A DNA stretch of 64,000 bases from Dehalococcoidia bacterium. Its GTDB lineage: Bacteria > Chloroflexota > Dehalococcoidia > Dehalococcoidales > Fen-1064. Under the pieces are notes generated by a model. It made no database searches and was not told where the DNA came from. It was given only the letters and a program-made list of their open reading frames with translations. The stretch lies in NCBI GenBank assembly GCA_011171075.1, contig DUFD01000008.1, forward strand, positions 10,148-74,147, in the 5' to 3' direction. This document shows, in pieces, positions 1-10,597 of this stretch. A program made the translations under genes and the position numbers. Within the stretch, counting starts at the first letter, position 1; the number at the start of each line of letters is the position of its first letter.

Positions 1-729
1 CTAGCCTCTGGTGGCCTGTGGCTGGATCTGGGCGGCACCGAGATACTGGTTGACCCCGGCCCCGGCTGCATTGTCCAGACAAACAAACGGAAGCTCAAGG
101 CAGAGAAGCTCAGTGCTATCATCGTCTCACACCGCCATCTCGACCATGCCGCCGACGTTAATATCATGGTTGAGGCAATGACCCAGGGCGGTTTCAAGAG
201 TCACGGACGACTGTTTGCCCCGACTGATGCCCTTGAGACCGAGCCGGTGCTGCTCAACTATCTGCGGGAGCGCCTTGACGCAATCGAGGTACTCGAAGAA
301 AGCAAGACTTACGACATAGAAGACGTTTCTTTCAAAACACCGGTACGTCACGTACACCCGGTGGAGAACTACGGCATGGTCTTCACCACACCGCGTCATA
401 CCTTCTCCTACATCTCCGATACCCGCTATTTTGATGACCTGCCGGGATACTATAATAGCGAGCTGCTGATTATCAACCTAGTTTTCATGGAACCCCGCAC
501 CCCCGAAAGCCACCCTAACATGCCGATAGACCATCTTTCCGTGCCGGACGTTGAGCGGCTTGTCAGTGAAATCAGGCCGAAGGCGACCATCCTGACCCAC
601 TTCGGGATGGGCGTCTGGCGGGCCAAGCCGTGGGAGATAGCCCGGCAACTTACCGAGAAGACGGGCGTCAAAGTCATCGCCGCCAGCGACGGCATGAAGT
701 TCGACCTCTCAACGCTGGATGAGGACTGA
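1..729 (+). CDS. MBL-fold metallo-hydrolase, 5'-partial (runs off the window start)
   Basis: Frame 1 is open from nt 1 (LASGGLWLDLGGTEILVDPGPG...). It contains the HRHLDH (HxHxDH) zinc-binding motif of the metallo-beta-lactamase fold. The listed ORF 166..729 is only the part after an internal Met. Confidence 0.8.
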   Translation, partial: LASGGLWLDLGGTEILVDPGPGCIVQTNKRKLKAEKLSAIIVSHRHLDHAADVNIMVEAMTQGGFKSHGRLFAPTDALETEPVLLNYLRERLDAIEVLEESKTYDIEDVSFKTPVRHVHPVENYGMVFTTPRHTFSYISDTRYFDDLPGYYNSELLIINLVFMEPRTPESHPNMPIDHLSVPDVERLVSEIRPKATILTHFGMGVWRAKPWEIARQLTEKTGVKVIAASDGMKFDLSTLDED

Positions 730-2584
730 AACAAAGGGCATTCCGGAGGCAGCCTTGATAGATTCCACCATTCTGGATAAAATACTCCACCGCGTCACCC
801 GTCCCGCCCGCTATACCGGTGGCGAGTGGAATAGCATCGTTAAAAACTGGGACGAGACCCCCATCCGCTTCGCTCTGTCCTACCCCGACGTATACGAAAT
901 CGGCATGTCCAACATGGCCCTGCCCATCCTCTATGAGCTTCTCAACAGCCAGCCGGACGTTCTCGCTGAGCGGGTATTCGCCCCGTGGGTGGATATGGCA
1001 GCGGAAATGCGAGCGGCCGGAATCCCTCTTTTCAGCCTGGAGTCACGCCGGCCCCTCACGGAGTTCGATGTCATCGGCTTCTCCCTTGGCTACGAGCTCA
1101 CTTACACTAATGTTCTCGATATCCTCGACCTGGCAGGAATACCGCTACGGGCCTCAGAACGAAACGACTCTCACCCTCTGATTATCGCCGGTGGCAGCTG
1201 TGCTCTAAATCCAGAGCCGATGTCCGACTTCATCGACCTCTTCGTTATCGGCGACGGTGAAGAAGTGCTGCTGGAGCTGCTCAATACCATCCGGGAGTGG
1301 AAGCAGGCAGGCAAGACCAGAGAACAAATGCTGCGCCAGGCTGCCGCTATCGAAGGCATTTACGTACCGGGCTTTTACCAGGTAGAGTATCAGGCTGATG
1401 GCACTATCAAGAGCATCACCCCGACCATTCCCGAGGCTAAACCCGTCATCCAGCGACGGATTGTTACGAAGCTACCGCCTCCCATTACTCACCCTGTAGT
1501 CCCCTATATCGAGGTCACCCACGACCGCGAGGCAATAGAGATTCAGCGGGGATGCACACGCGGATGCCGTTTCTGCCAGGCAGGCATAATCTACCGCCCG
1601 ATGCGGGAACGACCCCTGACAGAGGTGGTGAACGCAGCCGAGGCACTGGTCGACGAGTGCGGCTATGGCGAGCTTTCCCTGGTCTCGTTGAGCACCAGTG
1701 ATTACACCGGCATTGACCAGCTGGTAACGGATCTTTCCGAGCACCTCAGCAATGTCACGCTGTCGCTGCCGAGCCTGTACCTCAAGACCTTCGATACGCC
1801 GCTGATGGAAGCCCTTTCACGACGGAAAAAGATAGGTCTCACCTTTGCCCCTGAGGCGGGGAGTGAAAGGCTGCGAAAAATTATCAATAAAAACATTTCT
1901 GAAGAGGAGCTTCTGGAAACCTTCTCCGATATTTTCGCCCGTGGCTGGACCAGCATCAAGCTCTACTTCATGCTCGGCCTCCCGGAGGAGACTATGGAGG
2001 ACGTCGAGGAGATAGTGCAACTGGTGGACAGGCTCCGCACACTTGGCAGAAGTGTTACCGGCCGGACTCCCCAGATAAGGATAAACCTCTCCACCTTCGT
2101 TCCCAAGCCCCACACGCCTTTCCAGTGGGTAGCCCAGGTAGACGAGGAGGAGCTTAACGCCAGACAGGAACTACTCAGGACGGGACTACGCCGCAAAGGC
2201 ACCAGGGTATCGTGGCAGGACCCCAAGACGAGCCTGCTTGAGGCAGCGCTGTCGCGCGGAGACCGCCGGCTCGGGGAGGTTATCCGGCGTGCCTGGGAGC
2301 TTGGCTCGGTATTCGATGCCTGGGATGAGCACTTCAAATTCGATAACTGGCAGCGTGCTTTTAAGGATGCCGGTCTGGAAATCGACTTCTATGCACGGAG
2401 GCAACGTCCCTTCGATGAGATACTCCCCTGGTCTCATATTGACATCGGCGTTACCACCGACTTCCTGAAGAGGGAGTACCAGCGTGCCCTAGAGTGTGTC
2501 CAGACCCCGGACTGCCGTGAAGGTATCTGCAGCGCCTGCGGCCTGGAACTCAGCGAGCCGGCCTGCCAGCCGACAGGAGCATAA
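719..2584 (+). CDS. Radical SAM protein (large uncharacterised family with a B12-binding-like N-terminal domain)
   Basis: 621 aa with a CTRGCRFCQAG (CxxxCxxC) radical-SAM cluster motif. The N-terminus ...PARYTGGEWNS... is typical of the uncharacterised radical SAM family. It overlaps the upstream gene by 11 nt. Confidence 0.8.
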   Translation: MRTETKGIPEAALIDSTILDKILHRVTRPARYTGGEWNSIVKNWDETPIRFALSYPDVYEIGMSNMALPILYELLNSQPDVLAERVFAPWVDMAAEMRAAGIPLFSLESRRPLTEFDVIGFSLGYELTYTNVLDILDLAGIPLRASERNDSHPLIIAGGSCALNPEPMSDFIDLFVIGDGEEVLLELLNTIREWKQAGKTREQMLRQAAAIEGIYVPGFYQVEYQADGTIKSITPTIPEAKPVIQRRIVTKLPPPITHPVVPYIEVTHDREAIEIQRGCTRGCRFCQAGIIYRPMRERPLTEVVNAAEALVDECGYGELSLVSLSTSDYTGIDQLVTDLSEHLSNVTLSLPSLYLKTFDTPLMEALSRRKKIGLTFAPEAGSERLRKIINKNISEEELLETFSDIFARGWTSIKLYFMLGLPEETMEDVEEIVQLVDRLRTLGRSVTGRTPQIRINLSTFVPKPHTPFQWVAQVDEEELNARQELLRTGLRRKGTRVSWQDPKTSLLEAALSRGDRRLGEVIRRAWELGSVFDAWDEHFKFDNWQRAFKDAGLEIDFYARRQRPFDEILPWSHIDIGVTTDFLKREYQRALECVQTPDCREGICSACGLELSEPACQPTGA

Positions 2585-3164
2585 CTCTCAGAAGCGCCAA
2601 GTCTTCTTTAGCTCCCTCCGGGTCAATATCAGTAATATCTTCAGCCAGGCGCGGGTCAGTCACCCGTTTAATCTCGCGAAAATCGTGTCTCTGGTACACC
2701 GTGTATGGCATTTGGCCAGCCCACTGCAGAAGCCCCTTACATCCGGTAACGAGAGCCCATGACATAAGTCCGTCAATAGCTGCCTGACCTCGATACCACT
2801 CAATTACTGCCTCGAGGAGGGCTGTACCGATTCCCTGCCCCCAGAGGGACTCATCCTTGGAATTGTCAGGCCTCCATCCCACATGGTAGCAACCAAGCGT
2901 TAAATACCTACCATGCAGGCCTAGAGGTTCCGCTACCTGGAAGTTTGCCCAAGGTCGATGTCCGATCCAGCCTCCGGGCTCGATGAATGCAGGGTCGTAC
3001 TCCTGCAAGTACAGTTGACCAACGCACCGTTGGCCTGCGAACGCCAGCATCGAAGCAATACCCTGGTGTTCGGCATATTCGGCTACCTGATCGGCAGATG
3101 TCCAGTGCTCGGATTCCACCACTCCGTAGTCGCTGACTCTCATTGGACGGCATCGAATTTCCAC
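2550..3164 (-). CDS. GNAT family N-acetyltransferase
   Basis: 204 aa with a QGIGTALLEAV acetyl-CoA-binding motif A (Q/R-x-x-G-x-G/A). The start could be the internal Met at 3143. Confidence 0.65.
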   Translation of the reverse strand: MEIRCRPMRVSDYGVVESEHWTSADQVAEYAEHQGIASMLAFAGQRCVGQLYLQEYDPAFIEPGGWIGHRPWANFQVAEPLGLHGRYLTLGCYHVGWRPDNSKDESLWGQGIGTALLEAVIEWYRGQAAIDGLMSWALVTGCKGLLQWAGQMPYTVYQRHDFREIKRVTDPRLAEDITDIDPEGAKEDLALLRVMLLSAGRPAR

Positions 3165-3246
3165 GTGCTATTCTCCTCTCAAAACAGGGAAAAGACAGTA
3201 GTTCCGCACCGATGAAGTTGCCGAAAGCGCCGAAGGCAGCCGCCGT

Positions 3247-5673
3247 TTATTCAACCTCCATCTGGGCAACGGCGACCACTTCATCACTTTCGGCGGGCCG
3301 CATCAGCGTCACGCCCTGGGTACTTCTGCCCTGAACGGTGATACCCTTCACCGGCGTACGGGTAACAATACCGTGGGCCGATATGAACATGACTTCCTGG
3401 GATGATACGACTATCCGGGCGTCAACCAACTCGCCGGTCTTCTCAACCACCTTGAAGGTTCTGACACCACCACCGGCGCGATGTTGCTTGGGGTAGTCCT
3501 CTATCGGCGTGAGCTTGCCGAAACCATTAGAGGTAACGACCAGTACGAAGGTCTTGGGATAAGCAATCCCGGCACCGACTACCTGGTCGCCAGCCGAAAG
3601 CCGGATCCCCCGTACTCCACCGCTGGTCCGCGAACTGGCCCTGATACTGGACACGGCGAACCTGATAGACTGCCCTCTCTGTGTTACCAGGACAACGTCA
3701 TCCTTGTCGGTTGCCAGGCATCCGGCCAGTAGCTCGTCACCCGGTTCGATATCCATACAAATCAGCCCGCTGCTCCGCACCGCCGCGAATTTATCCAGAG
3801 AGGTCTTCTTCACCTCCCCAAGGCGGCTCGCCATGACCAGGAACGTATCCGGTACAAACTCCGGCACCACGACTATATCAATAACCTTCTCATCCTCGGG
3901 TATGGAGAAGAGATTGACCACGGCCATTCCCTTGGCCACGCGGGAGCTATCCGCCGGTAGCTCGTAGCACTTGAGGCTAAAACAGCGCCCGCGGTTGGTA
4001 AGCAGCAGTAGGTTATCGTGAGTATCTGCCACCGCCAGCAGCCGGGCTGCGTCCTCTTCTCGGGTGGTGATACCAATAATGCCCTTACCGCCACGGTGCT
4101 GCGTCCGGTAAGCACGGACTGGCACCCTCTTGATGAAGCCACGGTTGCTGAGAATTACTGCCACCCTCTGGTGTGGTATCAGGTCTTCCTCGTTAAACTC
4201 GGCTGTCCCCTCGGCGCTAATCTCGGTACGCCGCTCGTCGCCGTACTTGGCCTTGAGCTCAGTGAGTTCCTGCTTCACCACGCCCAAAATCCTGGCTGTG
4301 GTAGCCAGCAAATCTTCCAGGTACGAGATGGTCTTCAGTACCTCAGCCAGTTCATCGAGTATCTTGTTCCGCTCTAAAGCGGCCAACCGGCGTAATGGCA
4401 TCTCAAGGATTGCGTCTACCTGGACGCGGGTCAGCTCGAACTGGCTCATCAGGTTCTGGCGAGCATCCTCGGTGGTCCGCGATTTTCTGATAGTGGCGAT
4501 TACTTTATCGATGTTGTCCAGGGCAACCCTGAGCCCTTCCAGAATATGGGCCCGGTCCCTAGCCTGCTTCAGTTCGTACCTGGAACGGCGCGTAATGACC
4601 TCACGCCTGAAATCTATGAAGTAGCGTAAGGCTTCCTTGAGGCTGAGCACCCGCGGCTGGCCGTCAACCAGCGCCAGCATATTGGCGGCGAAGGTAGACT
4701 GAAGGGCGGTGTACTTGTACAGACTATTGAGCAACTGCTGCGGCTGCGTATCCCGTCTCACCTGAATGACGATACGCATCCCCTGCCGGTCGGACTCATC
4801 TCGTAACTCACTGATGCCGCTGATTTTCTTGTCGGCCACGAGGTCAGCTATCTTCTCGACAAGGGCAGCCTTGTTCACCTGAAATGGCAACTCGGTAATC
4901 ACTATCTGGCGTGGCCCGCCGCCGTCACCATCACCCACGTAAGCCTTGGCACGGACCACTATCCGACCACGCCCGGTGGCATAGGCACTCTTGATTCCCT
5001 CTTCACCGAGGATAACGCCACCAGTGGGGAAATCAGGCCCTTTGACGAAGGCAGTCAGGTCATCGACCGTAGCTCTTGGATTGTCGATTAAATAGATAAG
5101 GGCGTCACACACCTCACCCAGATTGTGAGGGGGTATATTGGTGGCCATGCCGACGGCAATGCCGGAACTGCCGTTGACCAGGAGATTGGGCACGCGCGCC
5201 GGCAGGACGACCGGCTCCCGAAGACTGTCATCGAAATTGGGTGTAAAGTCGACCGTATTCTTGTCAATATCTACCAGTAACTGCTCGGCAATCGAGGTCA
5301 AGCGGGCCTCGGTATAGCGCATCGCCGCGGGAGGGTCATTGTCAACACTGCCAAAGTTACCCTGCCCGTCAATAAGCACAGCCCGCATCGAGAAGTCCTG
5401 CGCCATACGCACCATAGCATCATAGACCGGACTGTCGCCGTGGGGGTGGTATTTGCCCAGTACCTCGCCAACGATACGAGCGCTCTTTTTGAAGGCACTG
5501 GTGGAGTTCATCCCCATCTCATTCATGGCATAGAGGATACGGCGCTGTACCGGTTTCAAGCCGTCCTGAACGCTCGGTAAGGCGCGAGAAACGATGACAC
5601 TCATCGCATAATCGAGGTATGAGTTCCGCATTTCGTCTTCGATACTTACCGGCCTAATCTTTCCCAGAACCAT
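3247..5673 (-). CDS. gyrA: DNA gyrase subunit A
   Basis: 808 aa. N-terminus ...[14 protein letters not shown]..., active-site region [10 protein letters not shown], and C-terminal beta-pinwheel repeats. Confidence 0.97.
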   Translation of the reverse strand: MVLGKIRPVSIEDEMRNSYLDYAMSVIVSRALPSVQDGLKPVQRRILYAMNEMGMNSTSAFKKSARIVGEVLGKYHPHGDSPVYDAMVRMAQDFSMRAVLIDGQGNFGSVDNDPPAAMRYTEARLTSIAEQLLVDIDKNTVDFTPNFDDSLREPVVLPARVPNLLVNGSSGIAVGMATNIPPHNLGEVCDALIYLIDNPRATVDDLTAFVKGPDFPTGGVILGEEGIKSAYATGRGRIVVRAKAYVGDGDGGGPRQIVITELPFQVNKAALVEKIADLVADKKISGISELRDESDRQGMRIVIQVRRDTQPQQLLNSLYKYTALQSTFAANMLALVDGQPRVLSLKEALRYFIDFRREVITRRSRYELKQARDRAHILEGLRVALDNIDKVIATIRKSRTTEDARQNLMSQFELTRVQVDAILEMPLRRLAALERNKILDELAEVLKTISYLEDLLATTARILGVVKQELTELKAKYGDERRTEISAEGTAEFNEEDLIPHQRVAVILSNRGFIKRVPVRAYRTQHRGGKGIIGITTREEDAARLLAVADTHDNLLLLTNRGRCFSLKCYELPADSSRVAKGMAVVNLFSIPEDEKVIDIVVVPEFVPDTFLVMASRLGEVKKTSLDKFAAVRSSGLICMDIEPGDELLAGCLATDKDDVVLVTQRGQSIRFAVSSIRASSRTSGGVRGIRLSAGDQVVGAGIAYPKTFVLVVTSNGFGKLTPIEDYPKQHRAGGGVRTFKVVEKTGELVDARIVVSSQEVMFISAHGIVTRTPVKGITVQGRSTQGVTLMRPAESDEVVAVAQMEVE

Positions 5674-5687
5674 TCCCGTAAACGCTC

Positions 5688-6503
5688 CTATTCTTCGTCA
5701 CTTACCTCAGAATCATCATCAGAAGAGTCTTCAGACAGAATCTCCATCTCATCTCCGCCGCCAACCACAGTATATCCGTACTCCCTGCTGGCTTCCTGTT
5801 CCAGTTCACGCCGTATTGCTCTTTCGCTGTAATCAGGTCTGGTAACGCGGACTCCCCTGGACGGGAAAGAAAGCCGCCCGGCCTGACTTGGGTCGCGAAA
5901 CACCTCCCTGATAATCACCCTTACCGCACCATCCGCCAAACTGACAACTGCTGCCGAATAACGATTGCCCCCCGCCATCAACCGGGCAAGCCGCTGTCCG
6001 TGCTCGGCTTCAACCCGGCCAAGATAGGTACCACGACTGTTCTCCACTATCAGGTCAGTGCCATCAATCCTCAGTTGGACCCTATCACCAGCCACCAGCC
6101 TGGCAATTACCTCGGGAGGGGCCAGCTCCACCAGCTGAATAATCCCTGCCTTGCCTATCTCTTCGATGAAGTATTGCGGCTCCAGCCGGTCGGCATCGAT
6201 TTCACCGGCAACGGCTACCTCCTTTAGATGGGTAAGTCTTTGCAGGTTCTTCACCGCAATCGCATTATAGGGATCAATTTCCGTGGTGCGGCGATAAGCC
6301 GCCTCCGCCTCCTGATACTCACCCAGTTCCAGATAAGCCCTGCCAAGACGATTGAGGGCTTCGACATCATCAGGGAACGCCTCGAGTATGCTCTGGTTGA
6401 CAGCGATAGCTTCTTTCCAGCTCCCCTCCATGGCCAGTGATATCGCCTGCTTGGTGGACTGTCGTCTCAGTCTTGACCATTCCTCTTCCTGATATGTCAT
6501 CAT
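5688..6503 (-). CDS. TPR repeat protein with an uncharacterised C-terminal domain and acidic tail
   Basis: 271 aa. The N-terminal part has TPR-like repeats ([30 protein letters not shown]). The C-terminal tail is [15 protein letters not shown]. Confidence 0.6.
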   Translation of the reverse strand: MMTYQEEEWSRLRRQSTKQAISLAMEGSWKEAIAVNQSILEAFPDDVEALNRLGRAYLELGEYQEAEAAYRRTTEIDPYNAIAVKNLQRLTHLKEVAVAGEIDADRLEPQYFIEEIGKAGIIQLVELAPPEVIARLVAGDRVQLRIDGTDLIVENSRGTYLGRVEAEHGQRLARLMAGGNRYSAAVVSLADGAVRVIIREVFRDPSQAGRLSFPSRGVRVTRPDYSERAIRRELEQEASREYGYTVVGGGDEMEILSEDSSDDDSEVSDEE

Positions 6504-6609
6504 CCCCTCTGTCTAAAAACTTCAGCATACCATAGCGAAAACATGACGACATGTCAATAACCCTGGCGGAGGATATTTTACAAACCCGTCTACTCTATTT
6601 CGAATAATC

Positions 6610-7830
6610 CTAATCCGCCACATCCAGTTCGAAAGCCCGGTGCAGAGCACGGACCGCGTCCTTAACCCTGACCTCATCAATGATGCACGTAATCCTTATC
6701 TCAGAGGTGCTTATCAACTGTATATTTATCCCTTTTTCACTGAGTGTGCTGAACATCCTGGCGGCAAAGCCCGGCATATTCTGCATCCCGGTGCCGACAA
6801 TGCTAACCTTACCCAGAGTGGCATCACTGACGCACTCCCTGGCACCAATCTCCTGAGAAATTGGCTGGATAACCTTCATCACCTCGTCGAGCTGTCCTCT
6901 CGCTACGGTGAAGGTCAGGTCGGTGATATTATCGATGCTGGCGTTCTGGACAATGGTATCGACGCTGATACTAGCTGCCGCCAAGGGTTCGAATATCGCC
7001 GCGGCGATGCCCGGACGGTCCGGAACACCGACCACCGTCACCTTGGCGACATCAAGGTCATGGGCAATTCCTCTTACCTTGTTACGTACTTCCATTGATA
7101 CCCCTCCGTGAATCAGTGTTCCGGGATTGTCAGTGAAGCTGGAAGCCACCAGGATAGGGATGTTATACAGTTCCCCAAGCTCGACGGCTCGTGGATGCAT
7201 CACCTTTGCCCCCTGTACGGCCAGCTCCAGCATCTCGTCATAGCCAATCTCATCCAGTCGTTGTGCTTCAGGTACAAGCCTGGGGTCGGCGGTGTATACC
7301 CCTTCTACATCAGTATATATCTGGCATACTTCCGCCTCGAGGCTACCAGCAAGAGCAACTGCGGTCGTGTCCGACCCCCCCCTTCCCAGGGTCGTTATGT
7401 CCTCGCCTTCGGAGATACCCTGAAAACCGGCAACAATAACGATGTTTCCTTTTTCCAACTCCTTGACAACCCTCTTCGATTCTACCTTCAGAATCAACGC
7501 CCGACGATAGGTCGAGTCCGTCCTGATACCCGCCTGACCACCGCTGAGGCTGATTGCATCGTATCCCATAGCCTCTAGGGCCATAGCCAGTAGGGTACTC
7601 GAGACAAGTTCACCAGTGGACACCAGGGCATCAAGCTCCCGTCCATCGGGGTGCTCGTTAATCTGGTAGGCTAGACTTATTAGCTCATCGGTAGTGTCTC
7701 CCATTGCGGATACGGCCACCACCACCTGGTTACCCTTATCCTTGGTGACGGCGATGCGCCGGGCAACGTTCCGAATTTTATCAGCATCCGCCACGGAGGA
7801 ACCACCATACTTCTGAACAATCAGGGCCAT
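6610..7830 (-). CDS. lysC: Aspartate kinase
   Basis: 406 aa. N-terminus MALIVQKYGGSSV, a GGSDTTAVALA motif, and a C-terminal ACT-domain pair. Confidence 0.93.
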   Translation of the reverse strand: MALIVQKYGGSSVADADKIRNVARRIAVTKDKGNQVVVAVSAMGDTTDELISLAYQINEHPDGRELDALVSTGELVSSTLLAMALEAMGYDAISLSGGQAGIRTDSTYRRALILKVESKRVVKELEKGNIVIVAGFQGISEGEDITTLGRGGSDTTAVALAGSLEAEVCQIYTDVEGVYTADPRLVPEAQRLDEIGYDEMLELAVQGAKVMHPRAVELGELYNIPILVASSFTDNPGTLIHGGVSMEVRNKVRGIAHDLDVAKVTVVGVPDRPGIAAAIFEPLAAASISVDTIVQNASIDNITDLTFTVARGQLDEVMKVIQPISQEIGARECVSDATLGKVSIVGTGMQNMPGFAARMFSTLSEKGINIQLISTSEIRITCIIDEVRVKDAVRALHRAFELDVAD

Positions 7831-7877
7831 ATAATTCCTACCTCATGAATACGACTGATGCGTATTCAATAAATGCT

Positions 7878-9068
7878 CTAGTCCTGCCTGAGCAACAGCT
7901 TTATAATATTATATCCGGGGTCAACGAGCAAACCTGTTTTGCCTGCATCCACCTCGGTGAACCGCCTCGCGCCGTTGCCCTTAAAACCTTCTCCCCAGAG
8001 CATGAATGGTACCGGCTCACCGCTGTGTGTCCGCGTGGAGAGCGGGGTAGGGTGGTCAGGGAGGACCAGTACACGCAGTTTGTCCCCATTCCAGCTATGG
8101 AACTGGCAGACCATCTCCCGGTCTATTCGCTGGATGGCCTCAACCTTATCCGTCACCGAGCCGGAATGGGCGGCCTCGTCCGGTGCTTCGACATGGACGA
8201 CCACTAAATCATGTTCGTCGAGGGCTTTCAGGGCACCGACCGCCTGGGCCGAATAGTCGTTGTCCAGTCCGTCGGTCACACCAGGTATATCAAGCACGTC
8301 AATACCGACCATCTGTGCCATGCCATTGAGCAGGTCTACCCCCGAGGTCATGGCTGATTTCAGGCCATATAACTGCTTGAAGGAGGGCATCTCGCGCGGT
8401 CGACTACTCCCCCAGAAGAGCCAGAGCATCGTGGCCGGGGTTTCACCTGCCGCTCTCCTTACCACGTTTGCCGGGTGTTCACGAAGTACATCCTGCGAAG
8501 CCAGCATCAGGTCTCTTAATAATTCGCTCCCGGGGCCTTTTGGGAGATAATCTTCAATCGGCCTGTCCGGGATATCGTGGGGCGGGGTACAGTTCGCCTG
8601 AAGGGTCTCCTCGTATCCCTTCAACTTGCAGATGTGCCGGTAGCTGACCCCCGGATAGAAACGTACTTCGTCGTTACCGAGCCTCTCATTAAGGGCGCCG
8701 ATTAGCTCACGGGCAGCGTCACTGTCGATGTGTCCGGCGCTGTAGTCTGACATCCGACCGTCAAGGACGGCCACCAGGTTACAGCGGAAAACGACCTCCC
8801 CCTCACCGATGGGTATTCCCATGCTTGTGGCCTCGATAGCAGCCCTGCCCTGATAATACTGCACGGGGTCATAGCCGAGCAGTGACATGCAGGCACAGGC
8901 ACTGGAAGGCTCCATGCCCTCCGGCACGGTACGCACCAGCCCCAGGGTCGCCTCCGATGCTATCGCATCCAGATTAGGTGTTTTCGCAAGCTCCAGACTG
9001 GTCCTACCCCCATGCCCGGAAAGGGGCAGTCCGGCAGCACCGTCCATTATCAGTATTACGTATTTCAT
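7878..9068 (-). CDS. Cofactor-independent phosphoglycerate mutase family protein (archaeal apgM type); possibly the proposed non-orthologous homoserine kinase
   Basis: 396 aa with the apgM-like layout MKYVILIMDGAAGLP...LELAKTPNLD...VHVEAPDEAAHSG...LPDHPTP. It lies immediately upstream of lysC on the same strand. Confidence 0.8.
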   Translation of the reverse strand: MKYVILIMDGAAGLPLSGHGGRTSLELAKTPNLDAIASEATLGLVRTVPEGMEPSSACACMSLLGYDPVQYYQGRAAIEATSMGIPIGEGEVVFRCNLVAVLDGRMSDYSAGHIDSDAARELIGALNERLGNDEVRFYPGVSYRHICKLKGYEETLQANCTPPHDIPDRPIEDYLPKGPGSELLRDLMLASQDVLREHPANVVRRAAGETPATMLWLFWGSSRPREMPSFKQLYGLKSAMTSGVDLLNGMAQMVGIDVLDIPGVTDGLDNDYSAQAVGALKALDEHDLVVVHVEAPDEAAHSGSVTDKVEAIQRIDREMVCQFHSWNGDKLRVLVLPDHPTPLSTRTHSGEPVPFMLWGEGFKGNGARRFTEVDAGKTGLLVDPGYNIIKLLLRQD

Positions 9069-9115
9069 CTAACTACCTTGCCCAACCAGTTAAAGACGCT
9101 TATAATAGTGGTTGC

Positions 9116-9192
9116 CGGGGCGTAGCGCAGTAGGTTAGCGCGCAGTGTTCGGGACGCTGAGGCCGGCGGTTCGAGTCCGCCCGCCCCGACCA
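9116..9192 (+). tRNA. tRNA-Pro (anticodon CGG), CCA encoded
   Basis: Hand-folded cloverleaf. Acceptor stem CGGGGCG/CGCCCCG with C1:G72. D arm GCGC/GCGC. Anticodon stem CAGTG/CGCTG with loop TTCGGGA, giving anticodon CGG. T arm GGCGG-TTCGAGT-CCGCC. Discriminator A followed by CCA. Confidence 0.9.
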
Positions 9193-9196
9193 ATTC

Positions 9197-9793
9197 TCAT
9201 TCCTGTAAATCAAGATAATATTCAAACTGGGTTTCATCAACATAAGATGGATTGTGATAATATGCGTAACGGTTAATGCCACCCAACCTGCACCCCTGCT
9301 TGATATAAAACCTACATGCAGGTACATTCGTATTTTGTGTTTCAACACTTAGTTGTTTATAGCCTCTACTCCTGGACCACTCGATAGCCTTTCCGAACAA
9401 CTGTGTGCCGATTCCCTGCCGCCTGTAGCCCGGGCGAACGCGTATGTCCCATACGACGGCCAAGTCGTCTATCCCCATGAGAATTCTGTTATTAATGATT
9501 TCAGGATTCCGACAAGCAATAGTAAGACCACCAGTCAATTTCCCGCCTTCCTCAGCCGTAATTACTGCCCACCTACCGGTATCGAATGATTCAGGCCACG
9601 TAATAATTTCATCCGGTTCGTCCTCAATATATTTCATTAGTGGGCTGTCCAGTTCCCTCTCATGGAATACGACACCACCCAGACCATCCTGCAATAACTC
9701 GATGTCCAGCACTGAATTTACCTCAACACTCAAAGGAATGGTGGAGTATTTTTTCAGTAAAGCTTCACTGACTGGTCGCACCTTAATGTCCAT
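9197..9793 (-). CDS. GNAT family N-acetyltransferase
   Basis: 198 aa with an RRQGIGTQLFGKAIEWSRSRG motif A. The gene is visibly more AT-rich than its neighbours. Confidence 0.7.
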   Translation of the reverse strand: MDIKVRPVSEALLKKYSTIPLSVEVNSVLDIELLQDGLGGVVFHERELDSPLMKYIEDEPDEIITWPESFDTGRWAVITAEEGGKLTGGLTIACRNPEIINNRILMGIDDLAVVWDIRVRPGYRRQGIGTQLFGKAIEWSRSRGYKQLSVETQNTNVPACRFYIKQGCRLGGINRYAYYHNPSYVDETQFEYYLDLQE

Positions 9794-9796
9794 TTA

Positions 9797-10576
9797 TCAC
9801 TTCCCCTCAACCAGGTTCTTTGCCTCCTCCCAGAGGGCGTTCTGCTCGTCGAAGGAGAGGTCACCGATGTTCACCCCTCGCTGGCGGCAAATTTCCTCCA
9901 TGTGGGCAAACCGCCGGTAGAACCGCTGGTTGGCTTCCCTCAAGGCCGATTCGAGGTCTATTTCCAAACGGCGGGCGATATTGGCCAGGGTGAATAGCAG
10001 GTCGCCGAACTCCTCTGCCCGGCGCTCGGCACTCTCTGTTCTACGGAACTCGTCGACCTCCTCGGCGAGCTTATCGATGACGCCTTCATCTTCCTCCCAG
10101 TCAAAGCCGACCTGCGCCACCCGGTTCTGTATCTCCTGACTGTAACCGAGGGACGGCATCTCCTTCGGCACGCCGGCCAGCATAGAGTCGTCACTTCCCT
10201 TCTCGGCCTGCTTCAGTTTCGCCCAGTTGTGCGACACCTCAGCGGCATCCTTTACCTCTGTGGAGCCAAAGACGTGGGGATGCCGGGAGACTATCTTCTC
10301 GCTGATACTGCGCAGCGAGTCGACTATCTCGAACTCACCAGCCTCGGCGGCAATCTGTGCCTGGAGGACAACGTGCAGCATCAGGTCGCCAAGCTCCTCA
10401 CAAAGCTCGGTTGTGTCCCCCGAATCCAGTGCAGCCAGCACCTCGTAGCATTCCTGGAGAAAGGTCGCCCGCAACGACTGGTGGGTCTGCTTCCTGTCCC
10501 AGGGACAACCGTCCGGTGCCCTCAGCTTGGCAACGATATCTACCAGATTTCTGAACTCATCTGCATTCTCAGGCAA
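9797..10576 (-). CDS. mazG: Nucleoside triphosphate pyrophosphohydrolase MazG (tandem MazG domains)
   Basis: 259 aa. Two EExxE/D-type MazG motifs (EELGDLMLHVV and EEFGDLLFTLANIAR) and DGCPWDRKQTHQSL near the N-terminus. Confidence 0.85.
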   Translation of the reverse strand: MPENADEFRNLVDIVAKLRAPDGCPWDRKQTHQSLRATFLQECYEVLAALDSGDTTELCEELGDLMLHVVLQAQIAAEAGEFEIVDSLRSISEKIVSRHPHVFGSTEVKDAAEVSHNWAKLKQAEKGSDDSMLAGVPKEMPSLGYSQEIQNRVAQVGFDWEEDEGVIDKLAEEVDEFRRTESAERRAEEFGDLLFTLANIARRLEIDLESALREANQRFYRRFAHMEEICRQRGVNIGDLSFDEQNALWEEAKNLVEGK

Positions 10577-10597
10577 AACTACGTCTCCTTAAACCCT

